Positions 35,527-46,197 of a stretch of 64,000 nt of DNA are shown one piece after another. Source of the stretch: an uncultured Verrucomicrobiae bacterium (GTDB lineage: Bacteria; Verrucomicrobiota; Verrucomicrobiia; Limisphaerales; UBA11358); assembly GCA_963714695.1 (NCBI GenBank), contig CAVQPQ010000006.1:321971-385970 (forward strand), given 5' to 3'. A program made the position numbers and the translations under genes. Each line of letters opens with the position of its first letter. Position 1 is the first letter of the stretch. Under the pieces are notes generated by a model, which saw only the letters and a program-made list of their open reading frames with translations, ran no database searches and was not told the DNA's origin.

Positions 35527-37203
35527 ATGAATCATAACACCCCATTCGGCCAGGCGGCGGTGCTCGCCGCCACGATGATCGCGCTTGCCCCACTGGCCCG
35601 GGGTGTCGAAACTTCAACCAACATGCCCGCCTGGCTTGAACACACGGTCTTCTACGAAATTTATCCGCAGTCATTCCGCGACTCGAATGGCGACGGCATC
35701 GGCGACTTGCGCGGCATCACGGAAAAACTACCCTACCTGCACGACCTCGGCGTCACCGGCATCTGGTTGAATCCTTGTTTCGAGTCGCCCTTCCGCGATG
35801 CCGGCTACGACATCTCCGATTTCTACAAGGTTGCGCCGCGCTACGGTTCCAACGACGACCTGCGCGCGCTGTTTGCCGAGGCGCGCCGGCTCGGCATCCG
35901 CGTGATGCTCGATCTTGTCGCCGGCCACACCTCCGACCAGCACCCCTGGTTCCAAGCGTCGCAGCGGCACGAGCGCAATCGCTACACCGACTGGTATATC
36001 TGGACGGATAGCGTGTGGACCTGGACCGCGCCCGGGCAGCAGGTGGTGGTCGGCGGCGCCGAGCGCGACGCCAATTACATCCCCAACTTTTTCCATTTCC
36101 AGCCGGCCCTGAACTACGGCTTCGCCAAACCGGATCCCAAAGCGCCGTGGCAACAGCCGATTGACGCGCCCGGCCCGCGCGCCGTGCGCGAGGAACTCAA
36201 GAACATCATGCGCTTCTGGTTCGACCTTGGCGCGAGCGGTTTCCGCGTGGACATGGCCGGTTCGCTCGTGAAAAACGATCCGGATGGCAAGGCCACCGCC
36301 GCGCTCTGGCACGAGTTCCGCCAATGGATGGACCGCGAGTATCCTGACTGCGCGCTGGTCTCGGAATGGTCACAACCCCAGGTCGCCATTCCCGCCGGGT
36401 TCCACATGGATTTCCTGCTGCCGTTCGCCAAGCCCGGCTACAAGGCGCTGTTTCGCGCCGATGGCGACGCCAGGCCAATCTTTGATCGCAGCGGCAAGAC
36501 CAGCATCAAGATGTTTCTCGACGAATTCGAGCCGCTCCTCGCGGCGACCAAAGGCAAAGGTTATATCGCCATCCCCAGCGGCAACCACGACACGGTGCCG
36601 CGGCTCGGCAACGGACGCGATGCGCGCGAGGTCAACGTGGCGATGGCTTTTCTACTTACGATGCCCGGCGTGCCATTCATTTATTACGGAGACGAAATCG
36701 GCATGCACTCGCTGAACGGTCTGCCATCCAAAGAGGGCGGTTACGGTCGCACCGGCGCGCGCACGCCGATGCAATGGGACGCCTCCACCAACTCCGGCTT
36801 TTCCACCGCCCCGGCGGAAAAACTATATCTGCCAATTGATCCCGCCGCCGACCGGCCAACAGTCGCCGCACAACTGGCCGATCCGGCGTCGAGCCTCAAC
36901 ACCACGCGCACGCTGATCGCCTTGCGCAAAGCGCACACCGCGCTCGGAGCCAGCGGCGACTACGAAACCGTGTTCGTTCCACCAAATCGCTGGCCGTTCG
37001 TCTTTCGCCGCGCGAAGGATGGCGAAGAAATTCTTGTCGCGCTCAACCCGACTGCGACGGCTTGCGAAGCCACCCTGCCCCACAAAATCAAGGCGAGCGA
37101 GATGCAGTCGCTGGCCGGCGTAGCAACCGCGTTCCGCCGCGACGGCAACGCTTGGCGTGTCGTCCTGCCCCCGGCGAGCTTCGCCGTGGTGAAGATGAAA
37201 TAG
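35527..37203 (+). CDS. secreted GH13 alpha-amylase-family glycosidase
   Basis: Signal peptide plus GH13 regions (GVTGIWLNP, RVMLDLVAGH, GFRVDMA, SEW, PSGNHD). Confidence 0.9.
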   Translation: MNHNTPFGQAAVLAATMIALAPLARGVETSTNMPAWLEHTVFYEIYPQSFRDSNGDGIGDLRGITEKLPYLHDLGVTGIWLNPCFESPFRDAGYDISDFYKVAPRYGSNDDLRALFAEARRLGIRVMLDLVAGHTSDQHPWFQASQRHERNRYTDWYIWTDSVWTWTAPGQQVVVGGAERDANYIPNFFHFQPALNYGFAKPDPKAPWQQPIDAPGPRAVREELKNIMRFWFDLGASGFRVDMAGSLVKNDPDGKATAALWHEFRQWMDREYPDCALVSEWSQPQVAIPAGFHMDFLLPFAKPGYKALFRADGDARPIFDRSGKTSIKMFLDEFEPLLAATKGKGYIAIPSGNHDTVPRLGNGRDAREVNVAMAFLLTMPGVPFIYYGDEIGMHSLNGLPSKEGGYGRTGARTPMQWDASTNSGFSTAPAEKLYLPIDPAADRPTVAAQLADPASSLNTTRTLIALRKAHTALGASGDYETVFVPPNRWPFVFRRAKDGEEILVALNPTATACEATLPHKIKASEMQSLAGVATAFRRDGNAWRVVLPPASFAVVKMK

Positions 37204-37219
37204 CGAGTCACGGCGACAG

Positions 37220-37253
37220 AAAACCCGGAACCAGGCGACTGGTTCCGGGTTTT
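37220..37253. terminator. bidirectional Rho-independent terminator
   Basis: AAAACCCGGAACC-aggcgact-GGTTCCGGGTTTT: a 13-bp stem with an A-run before and a T-run after. Lies between the convergent GH13 gene and eno. Confidence 0.8.
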
Positions 37254-37258
37254 GAATC

Positions 37259-37315
37259 TGTAGCGGCGCTCTATGAGTGTCGCCATTTTTGCGGCGGTCA
37301 AAGACCGCCGCTACA
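37259..37315. repeat. palindromic element, family H
   Basis: TGTAGCGGCG ... CGCCGCTACA termini with an internal GCGGCGGTCAAAGACCGCCGC hairpin. Partial relatives near 55846-55872 and 58834-58870. Confidence 0.7.
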
Positions 37316-37320
37316 ATAAT

Positions 37321-38628
<1,308 letters not shown>

Positions 38629-38735
38629 TTAAACTTCAAAATCCGAAGCGGATATGGTAAAAGTTGCACGCAGCGAGTCAAGAAGGCGTTGTTTAGAATT
38701 CTCCGTGAAAGGCGGCCAGCGGGAAAATCCGCCGT

Positions 38736-39818
38736 TTAATTGAAGCGGCCCCGGGTATGTTCGTATTCCCGCTCGTCCTCGAGTTTCTTTCGCACAAGCA
38801 CCAGTGTGGCATAGGTCAATTCCCGCATTTCTTCCCCTTGCGTCCCAACCTCTTTTTCAAGTTCGACGATTCGCTTTTCATAAGCGCGAATGCGCTCCTG
38901 GAAGGGCAATTGGAGGGCCGCCAGCCGCGATTCAAATTCGGTGAGGGCATGCTGTGCCTTTTGTTGCCTTTCCATCAGGGCATTTCGTTGTGCGTACAAG
39001 CCTTGAACCAGGCTTTGTTTGGCGAACTCAGCCAGCTCGGGCATGATTTTCTCCCGGAGCATCTGTCCCTGCCGCCCCGCCATCGCCTCGGCCACGAGGG
39101 CGCGCTGTTTCCAATCTTCGGCGGATAATGAATCCGCCGCCACACCCTCCGTCAACGCCGGCAGTGTGGACAGAGAATGACCCGCACGCACGTCGGAACC
39201 CGCCATGCCTTTACGCCAGAACAGAAACACCAGAAAGCCCGACAGCGCGATGATCACGGTGAGCGATCCGACGATCCACCACACGATCTGAACCGGAGTT
39301 TGAGCGGCTTCCACCGTTGGTCGTGGCATGGGCTGGGCTGTTTTCGCTGCAGGCCGGGCTGGTGCCGGTGGCAGGAGCCGCGCCTCATTCGTTATCGGTT
39401 GAACAACTGGCGGATTGGATTGAGGGCCGGACTGGGTATCAGCCAAAATTTTGATCTGGTTTGTGGTCGTGAGAACAATCTCCGGCTTTCCCTGAAAATC
39501 TGTGATGCGTCCGGACACTTCAACTTCCTTGTCCTGATAACTCTTCAAATCGGGAAAATTGTTCGTGTCGCTTCCCTTGATCACACAAGTGAGTGGAGAG
39601 TCGGGGTATCTCTGGTTCAAATTCAAGAACACGATGGTCGGGCGGAGGGTGACCTGGGCCACGCGGTCGGTCACAATGACTTCCTGGTTCAGATAATTGG
39701 TGGCTGCCGCAGCCGGGATTCTCGGCGGCACATTGGTCTGGGCAGAAACGCCGGCCACCCACGCCAAAGTCCAGGCGCCAGCCATCATCAGCCCGCGGCA
39801 AAGTTTCAAACATCGCAC
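38736..39818 (-). CDS. hypothetical single-pass membrane protein (exported beta-rich domain, Pro-rich linker, TM helix, cytoplasmic coiled coil)
   Basis: 360 aa, signal peptide, one central TM helix (IVWWIVGSLTVIIALSGFLVFLFW), heptad-rich C-terminal half. Confidence 0.5.
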   Translation of the reverse strand: MRCLKLCRGLMMAGAWTLAWVAGVSAQTNVPPRIPAAAATNYLNQEVIVTDRVAQVTLRPTIVFLNLNQRYPDSPLTCVIKGSDTNNFPDLKSYQDKEVEVSGRITDFQGKPEIVLTTTNQIKILADTQSGPQSNPPVVQPITNEARLLPPAPARPAAKTAQPMPRPTVEAAQTPVQIVWWIVGSLTVIIALSGFLVFLFWRKGMAGSDVRAGHSLSTLPALTEGVAADSLSAEDWKQRALVAEAMAGRQGQMLREKIMPELAEFAKQSLVQGLYAQRNALMERQQKAQHALTEFESRLAALQLPFQERIRAYEKRIVELEKEVGTQGEEMRELTYATLVLVRKKLEDEREYEHTRGRFN

Positions 39819-40028
39819 GACTTCATCATGGCGCGCTAATCCGGTTCACGCAATCCCAGGTTTTTGGCAAACCCCATTTACGCCGGTGTCCGCCGCTGGC
39901 CACGGTCGCGCGTGGCAGGCCGGAGCAGCGTTGTGATTTCCTGGCTTTGGACCCCTTGGCCGCAACCAAAATTAACTGGATTTAGTAGCTGGACAAATTG
40001 CACGATATCTCCATACTATCGCCCACAT

Positions 40029-40253
40029 ATGAAAGAGATACTTAGTCTTCCATCCGCCACATTAAAACGCATCATCGCGTTGAGGGAAAAAATCGAGAAG
40101 TTGCAATCGCAGCTTCAAGCCGTCGTCACCAACTCCTCTTCGCTTGGAAAAGCGGCTCCTAAAAAACGCACCATGAGTCTCGCGGCCCGCCGGAAAATTG
40201 CCGCCGCCGCCAGGGCGCGCTGGGCCAGAGTCAGGGCCGAGAAAAAAGCGTAG
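40029..40253 (+). CDS. small basic hypothetical protein
   Basis: 74-aa ORF from an internal ATG, with a coiled-coil N-terminus and an Arg/Ala-rich tail. Confidence 0.3.
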   Translation: MKEILSLPSATLKRIIALREKIEKLQSQLQAVVTNSSSLGKAAPKKRTMSLAARRKIAAAARARWARVRAEKKA

Positions 40254-40407
40254 CCAGTAACTGCCCGGGTGATTTTCTCCGTCGCCAGTCGGAGAGTTAA
40301 GCCGCGGCCTCAATTTCCGAAATGTTAAGCAGCCATCCGCTGCAGGTGGTGTATTATCTAGCCGGAACGACGCAGTTAAACGCGACGGGCCGGCAACGAC
40401 TTGCAGT

Positions 40408-40434
40408 GCAGGACAGGTGTCGCGCCTGTCCCAC
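40408..40434. repeat. half-copy of palindromic element family B
   Basis: GCAGGACAGGTGTCGCGCCTGTCCCAC. Intergenic. Confidence 0.6.
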
Positions 40435-40503
40435 TGGTAGGTTACAATTTCCGTTCCAAAATATACTTCTCCGCCTGACCGGGCTGCAATAAGGTTATCA
40501 CCG

Positions 40504-41481
40504 ATGAACCCGATTAAACCGGTGACAACTCGTCCGTTGGAAATCAACGTGGTCGAACCCATCAGCCCGGCGCTGGAGCGGGTGAAGGGCATGTTGTTCC
40601 GGCCATTCGATCTGGGCAAATGGTTCGTCATCGGCTTTTGCGCGTGGCTGGCTTGTTTGGGGGAAAGTGGAGGGTCTGGTTTCCATGTCCCCGGCGGCAG
40701 TGGACGCAGTGGCGGCGGTGAAAACTTCCGGCATGAGTTCGAGCACGCCAAAGACTACATCTTGAATAATCTGGGTTGGATTGTTCCATTGGCGGCGGTG
40801 GTGGTGGTCGTTGGTTTGGGACTTTGGCTGCTCTTCCTGTGGCTCAACAGCCGGGGCAAATTCATGTTCCTCCATTGCGTGGCGCTCGACAAGGCAGAGG
40901 TCGCAAAACCGTGGAGCCAGTTCGCGATCGAGGGAAACAGCCTGTTCCTGTTTCGGCTGGGGCTGGGACTGTTCGGCTGGGTGCTCACCTTGCCGCTGGT
41001 GGTGATAATTGCCGTGATGATTTTCAGGATGGTGCAACATGGCGAGCCTGACGTCGGCGGCATATTCGGCGCGGTTGGCCTTGGGCTGGTGCTGATTACG
41101 GTGGCCGTGGTGTTTGCCATCATCCACAAATTCACCACGGATTTTGTGGTGCCGATCATGTTTCTGCGGCGCACCCGGTGCCTGACCGCCTGGAAAGAGT
41201 TGTGGACGCTGCTTTCGTTCCATGCGGGCCAGTTCATCCTGTATCTTCTATTCTCCATCGTGCTGGCGATGGCGATTGGCATGATGGTTGTGATGGCCAT
41301 GATCGTAACGTGCTGTTTCTGTTGCATGATGCTCCTGCCGTACGTGGGCACGGTGGTGGTGTTGCCCGTGCTAGTGTTCAAGCGGTCGTACTCGCTCTAT
41401 TTTCTGGCGCAGTTTGGCCGGGAGTACGATGTGTTCCCGCCAACCGCTCCGCCAGCTCCAGCCACGCCGCCAGCAATATGA
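40504..41481 (+). CDS. polytopic membrane protein, unknown function
   Basis: 325 aa, five to six TM helices, Cys-rich last helix, Pro-rich tail. Confidence 0.55.
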   Translation: MNPIKPVTTRPLEINVVEPISPALERVKGMLFRPFDLGKWFVIGFCAWLACLGESGGSGFHVPGGSGRSGGGENFRHEFEHAKDYILNNLGWIVPLAAVVVVVGLGLWLLFLWLNSRGKFMFLHCVALDKAEVAKPWSQFAIEGNSLFLFRLGLGLFGWVLTLPLVVIIAVMIFRMVQHGEPDVGGIFGAVGLGLVLITVAVVFAIIHKFTTDFVVPIMFLRRTRCLTAWKELWTLLSFHAGQFILYLLFSIVLAMAIGMMVVMAMIVTCCFCCMMLLPYVGTVVVLPVLVFKRSYSLYFLAQFGREYDVFPPTAPPAPATPPAI

Positions 41482-41530
41482 GGCAGCTTTGCGATTGCCA
41501 ATCGCCGGCTGGCCTGTTATTCATTTCCCC

Positions 41531-41597
41531 GGCAATGGAGTTTGCCATTCCCGCATGGGAAAACCGCCTGACTGTATCAGCGCTGATGACTCCTACC
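41531..41597 (+). promoter_or_regulatory. fluoride riboswitch (crcB RNA motif)
   Basis: GGCAAUGGAGUUUGCC ... AAACCGCC ... GCUGAUGACUCCUACC matches the conserved crcB-motif core, including the GGAGU/ACUCC pseudoknot. An extra small hairpin UCCCGCAUGGGA is inserted after P1. Located 40 nt upstream of crcB. Confidence 0.85.
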
Positions 41598-41636
41598 GAT
41601 GCCCGTTAATTCGCGGTCATTGGCAGGAGTATTTTT

Positions 41637-42029
41637 ATGCTGATGTATCTTTGGGTGGCAATCGGCGGCGCGCTCGGCACGGTCGCGCGCTTCTGGCTCA
41701 ACGGGGTCGTCTCGCGGCATTTCGGCGAAACCTTTCCGTGGGGTACGATGCTCATCAACGTCACCGGCTCTTTCATCATCGGCTTCTTCGCGTCGCTCAC
41801 CGGAACGGAAGGCCGCTGGCTGATGTCACCGGCGTTCCGCATTTTTTTCATGATTGGCATTTGCGGCGGTTACACCACCTTTTCTTCGTTCAGCCTGCAA
41901 ACGCTGAATCTGGCCAACGAAGGTGAATGGTTGCGGGCGGGCGCGAATATCCTGCTTTCGGTTGTTCTGTGTCTGGCTGGTGTGTGGCTCGGCTGGCTGC
42001 TGGCTAGTAATTTTAACCAAATGAAATAA
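41637..42029 (+). CDS. crcB: fluoride ion channel CrcB/FluC
   Basis: 130 aa, GG.LG...R and TF.VN..GSF.IG motifs. Confidence 0.9.
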   Translation: MLMYLWVAIGGALGTVARFWLNGVVSRHFGETFPWGTMLINVTGSFIIGFFASLTGTEGRWLMSPAFRIFFMIGICGGYTTFSSFSLQTLNLANEGEWLRAGANILLSVVLCLAGVWLGWLLASNFNQMK

Positions 42030-42033
42030 AATC

Positions 42034-42384
42034 ATGCACCTACCTCACGATGCCATGTTGCTCCGGATTTTCCTCGGCGAAAGCGACCGCTGGGAACACA
42101 AACCGCTCTATGAAGCCATCGTCCTCAAGGCCCGTGAGATGCAGATGGCCGGTGCCACCGTGCTGCGCGGGCCGATGGGCTTCGGCAAGACCAGTCATCT
42201 GCACACGGCAAAAATCCTCCGGCTTTCCATGGACCTGCCGCTGATCATCGAAATCGTGGACAGCGAGGAAAAAATCAACGCCTTCCTGCCCGTGCTCGAC
42301 AAAATGATGGGCGGCGGCCTCGTCACACTGGAAAAGGTGAAGGTGATTGATTACCGCGCCAACCCGGATTTGCCGGCACAGTAA
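42034..42384 (+). CDS. DUF190 (PII-like) protein
   Basis: 116 aa with LRIFLGESDRW..KPLYEAIV...AGATVLRG..GFG. This family is commonly linked to crcB. Confidence 0.85.
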   Translation: MHLPHDAMLLRIFLGESDRWEHKPLYEAIVLKAREMQMAGATVLRGPMGFGKTSHLHTAKILRLSMDLPLIIEIVDSEEKINAFLPVLDKMMGGGLVTLEKVKVIDYRANPDLPAQ

Positions 42385-42450
42385 AAATCGTCCTCCTCGT
42401 CGTCCTCGTAATCGTAATCGAACAAAATCGAGGACGAGCACGAAAATTTT

Positions 42451-43680
42451 ATGACGGAAAATATATGGTTTATCGCGGCTATCTGGATGGGACTGGCGTT
42501 CATCGCCAGCTTGATTTCCATCCGCGTCGGCATTTCCGTGGCGTTAATCGAAATTGTCGTCGGCGTCGCCGCCGGCAACATTCACTTCGCCGGCGGCCAA
42601 CACATCTTGCAAACAACGGATTGGGTCAATTTTCTGGCGATGCTGGGCAGCGGCGTGCTGACGTTTCTGGCCGGGGCGGAAATTGACCCGATTTCGCTGC
42701 GTGCCAATCTTCGCGCGAGCATGGCCATCGGCATTGCGGCGTTTCTCCTGCCGTTCGCCGGCGTGTGGCTGTTCGCGCAATTCGTGCTCGGCTGGCCGCT
42801 GCACCAAGCGCAAATCGCCGGAATCGCGCTCTCCACGACTTCCGTGGCCGTGGTCTATGCCGTGATGATTGAGACGCGGCAGAGTGAAACCGCGTTGGGA
42901 AAGATGATTCTGGCGGCGTGCTTCATCAACGACCTTGGCACGGTGCTGGCGCTGGGACTCATCTTCGCCAATTTCAGCCTCTGGCTGCTGGTGTTCGTCG
43001 TCGTCACATGCGTGATGCTTTGGTTCATGCCCAAGTGGACCGAGCTCATCGTCGTGCGCATGGGTGCAACGCGCGTGAGCGAGCCGGAAATCAAATTCAT
43101 TTTCTTCGTGCTGTTCTTCCTGGGCGGCCTGGCCTCCACCGCCAAAAGCGAAGCCGTCCTGCCGGCTTATCTTATCGGCCTGGTCGTGGCCGGCGTGTTC
43201 CTGCGCGACAAAACGCTCGTTCACCGGATGCGGAGCATCGCTTTTGCGGTGTTCACGCCGTTTTACTTCATTCGCGCCGGCTCGTTCGTGTCGCTGCCGG
43301 CGCTTTGGACGGCGCTCGGCGTCATCGTGGTTTTGCTGGCGCTTAAGATTGTTACCAAATATGTCAGCGTGTTGCCGCTCTCGCGGATGTTTTTCATGCG
43401 CACACGCGAGGCCAATTACACCACCCTGCTCATGTCCACAGGGCTGACCTTCGGCACGATTTCGGCGCTGTTTGGGTTGCAAAACAATATCATTGACCAG
43501 AAACAGTATTCGATTCTGGTCACGGTCGTCATCCTGAGCGCGTTTGTGCCGACACTCATCGCGCAAAAATTTTTCCAGCCCACGATTGAAACGATGGTCG
43601 AATGGGGCAAGATTTATAGTGAACGCATCAATCGCAGAAAAAAAATCCCGACATCGGATGCCGGGGCAACCGGAAAGTGA
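42451..43680 (+). CDS. cation:proton antiporter (CPA family, Na+/H+ exchanger-like)
   Basis: 409 aa, 11-12 TM helices, typical Na_H_Exchanger N-terminal pattern. Confidence 0.85.
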   Translation: MTENIWFIAAIWMGLAFIASLISIRVGISVALIEIVVGVAAGNIHFAGGQHILQTTDWVNFLAMLGSGVLTFLAGAEIDPISLRANLRASMAIGIAAFLLPFAGVWLFAQFVLGWPLHQAQIAGIALSTTSVAVVYAVMIETRQSETALGKMILAACFINDLGTVLALGLIFANFSLWLLVFVVVTCVMLWFMPKWTELIVVRMGATRVSEPEIKFIFFVLFFLGGLASTAKSEAVLPAYLIGLVVAGVFLRDKTLVHRMRSIAFAVFTPFYFIRAGSFVSLPALWTALGVIVVLLALKIVTKYVSVLPLSRMFFMRTREANYTTLLMSTGLTFGTISALFGLQNNIIDQKQYSILVTVVILSAFVPTLIAQKFFQPTIETMVEWGKIYSERINRRKKIPTSDAGATGK

Positions 43681-43687
43681 GGCAACC

Positions 43688-44113
43688 ATGTTTCAAAAAA
43701 TACTGGTCGGTTACGATGGCTCAAAAGGCGGGCGTGCCGCGCTCGAACGCGCCGCCGTCGCCGCCAAACATTACAACGCTCTACTGACCGCGCTCTGGGT
43801 GCGCCAGCCCCTGCCCCAACACGCCGACTTGCCCGGCGAATCCGAGGGCGAATCCGAAGCCGCTGCCGATTATTTCGAGGAACGCAAGCGCGAAGTCGGG
43901 GAGTTGGCAAAACGATTTGGCATCGCTATCGCCTGCGAAAGCCGCGCCGGTCATGCGGCCAAAGTCATCGTGAACTTCGCCAAGGATGGGGGCTACAACC
44001 TCGTCGTCGTGGGCCACAGCGATCATTCCGAATTATGGGGCCGGTTGCTTGGCGACACCGCGGATCGCATCAGCGACCACGCCCATTGCAGCGTGCTGAT
44101 CGTGAAGCAATGA
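43688..44113 (+). CDS. universal stress protein (UspA family)
   Basis: MFQKILVGYDGS... and C-terminal VVVGHSDHS...GDTADRISDHAHCSVLIV. The internal Met start is preferred. Confidence 0.85.
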   Translation: MFQKILVGYDGSKGGRAALERAAVAAKHYNALLTALWVRQPLPQHADLPGESEGESEAAADYFEERKREVGELAKRFGIAIACESRAGHAAKVIVNFAKDGGYNLVVVGHSDHSELWGRLLGDTADRISDHAHCSVLIVKQ

Positions 44114-44256
44114 AATCCAGTAGTTCTTTGCGAATTGATCGAAGGCCTCGCCACCGGCCATTACGATCCGCACAAGAAATTTGATTTGCGATTGCTCGAT
44201 CTTGACCGTCGCATCCAACATCTGCCCGTGTCGGAAACATTTCACCCCCTTGAGCA

Positions 44257-44718
44257 ATGAGTGCGAACCCGAAACTGCCGTTAAATGAGCCGCAACAACG
44301 GCGGCTCACCGTCACGCTCGCCGGTTTGGAAAAACATCTGGCCGAACTGCGGGAACGACTGGAACGCGGCCCGGCTGACTTGCGACTCACCCATTACCAA
44401 GACGCAATCAGCGCCGACGAAGCTCCGTCGCTGCTGCCCGCCGTGTGCCAGGCGGAGGCGCAATTGCGGAAGATGGCCGATGAATTACGCCTGCCGGTGC
44501 AAAGTGAACCGGTGCGCCGGGCGGTGGAGGTGGGATTGGAACTAGCGAGCATCAATCTCTACGAGTGCCGGCCGGAAAGCGGGCTTGCCGGCTACGGCCA
44601 TGTCGCACCCATGACCGCCGATTATCTGGAGCGCGAAATTCCGAAGCTCGACGCGGCGGTGCGATCATTGATCGTCTTGCTGCAACATTCGCCAGCGCCC
44701 ATGAACTCCGGGAAATGA
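44257..44718 (+). CDS. hypothetical helical protein
   Basis: 153-aa ORF with no recognisable domain. Confidence 0.45.
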   Translation: MSANPKLPLNEPQQRRLTVTLAGLEKHLAELRERLERGPADLRLTHYQDAISADEAPSLLPAVCQAEAQLRKMADELRLPVQSEPVRRAVEVGLELASINLYECRPESGLAGYGHVAPMTADYLEREIPKLDAAVRSLIVLLQHSPAPMNSGK

Positions 44719-44860
44719 TGATGTTTTACTGCACCCATTTCTTGCTTTTGGCTGCGAGGGGGTTAAACTTTAAGCAGGCAATGGGGTTTGCCTCCCGCAC
44801 GCGGAAAAACGCCTTCCGGCTAATAACTCCTACCAAAACAAAATGAAATGGTAGTGGGTT

Positions 44861-45622
44861 ATGAAAATGCTCATCATATCCGACGTTCACGGAAACTGGC
44901 CCGCACTCCGCGCTGTTTTGGAAGCCGAACCGAACGTTAATCAAATCTTCTGTCTTGGCGATCTGGTCAATTACGGCCCGCTGCCGGTCGAATGCGTCGC
45001 ATGGGCGAAGCAAATTTCTTCGGAAGCAATTATTTTGCAGGGCAACCATGACCACGCTTTGGGATCAAACACTGATCCGCACTGCTCGGCGCCTTATGAG
45101 ACATGCGCGGCGGCGATGCAGAAGATTACCGGACGGATGCTTGGGCCGGACCTCAAGCAATTCCTCGCCGGACTTCAACCGATTCGGCGGTTTCAAATAG
45201 GCAAGACGAACTGTTTCGCCTGCCATGCCTCGGCCAAAGACCCGCTTTACCATTATATGCCGCCCAATGCGGCGGTGACATTATGGGAATCCGAATTGAT
45301 TGTGGCACAACACCCGGATTTTCTGTTTTGCGGCCACACACATCTGCCGGTGAAAACCCGTTTTCGCCGCACGCTCGTCGTCAATCCCGGCAGTGTCGGC
45401 CAACCGAAGGATGGCGATCCCCGCGCGGCATACGCGATTTGGGAAGATGGCGAAGTCACGCTTCGCCGCGCGGCCTATGACGTGGAAGAAACCATCCGCG
45501 CGTATGCTGGATTGGGATTGGAGCCGCACATCGAACATAGCTTGTGCGAAGTGCTGCGAACCGGCGGAAATCTGCCGGTGAAACATTATCAATCGCTAAA
45601 AACACAACCGACACATGGATAA
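44861..45622 (+). CDS. metallophosphoesterase (YfcE/MJ0936-like)
   Basis: ISDVHGN, GDLVNYGP, GNHD and GHTH motifs. Confidence 0.85.
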   Translation: MKMLIISDVHGNWPALRAVLEAEPNVNQIFCLGDLVNYGPLPVECVAWAKQISSEAIILQGNHDHALGSNTDPHCSAPYETCAAAMQKITGRMLGPDLKQFLAGLQPIRRFQIGKTNCFACHASAKDPLYHYMPPNAAVTLWESELIVAQHPDFLFCGHTHLPVKTRFRRTLVVNPGSVGQPKDGDPRAAYAIWEDGEVTLRRAAYDVEETIRAYAGLGLEPHIEHSLCEVLRTGGNLPVKHYQSLKTQPTHG

Positions 45623-45995
45623 ACCCGACCAGCTCGACGAATTGTTCCGCCTGCAAAAGCAATTGAACCAGCGCATCGGTGTGGACACTGACCGGATGAC
45701 GGATGCCGAACGGCAGCAATGGCTGCTGCACTACTGTCGCGCGATGAGCCAGGAAGTCGCCGAACTGACCGACCGCGTTCCGTGGAAGTGGTGGGCAAAG
45801 TATCAGACGTTTGACCGGCAGAATGCGCGGGTCGAAGTCGTTGACCTCTTCCATTTCCTGATTTCCGCCGCGCAAGTGCTGGGTTTGAATGCGGACGAGA
45901 TTTTCGAAGCCTACACGAAAAAGCACCAAGTCAACCTCGACCGCCAGGAATCCGGCTACACCGTGAAAGACGAAAGTGATAACAAACACATCTGA
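45615..45995 (+). CDS. dimeric (all-alpha) dUTPase / MazG-like nucleotide pyrophosphohydrolase family protein
   Basis: 126 aa. Pattern A...E..E......WKWW...........E..D..HF is typical of the dUTPase_2 family. The start overlaps the upstream stop by 8 nt (ATGGATAA). Confidence 0.7.
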   Translation: MDKPDQLDELFRLQKQLNQRIGVDTDRMTDAERQQWLLHYCRAMSQEVAELTDRVPWKWWAKYQTFDRQNARVEVVDLFHFLISAAQVLGLNADEIFEAYTKKHQVNLDRQESGYTVKDESDNKHI

Positions 45996-46099
45996 GCATG
46001 GTTCAGGCTGACGACATACTTGACCGCATCTCCAAGCTCGCCATCGGAATTTCCACCGGTTTCTCCTTGAAGCCGCCGCCGCAGTGCCGCACATTTCCC

Positions 46100-46197
46100 G
46101 CCGCCAGGGCCCATGGAATGTGGACTTACGAACCCCGCCAGGGCCGGAAGGCAGCAACGGTAGTTTGCTCCGTATCTGCCGTGGTCACCCTGGCATT
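46100..46197 (+). ncRNA. ffs: signal recognition particle RNA (small 4.5S type)
   Basis: CAGGGCC-GGAA-GGCAGCA matches the conserved domain IV apex (consensus CAGGUCC-GGAA-GGAAGCA). The outer stem GCCAGGG (46103-46109) pairs with CCCUGGC (46188-46194), and CCAUGG pairs with CCGUGG. Positioned directly upstream of dnaX. The ends are approximate. Confidence 0.7.

Noticed and set aside
42544-43689. 381-aa minus-strand ORF
   Set aside because: It is antisense to the cation:proton antiporter. Its composition is Arg/His/Asp-rich and not protein-like.
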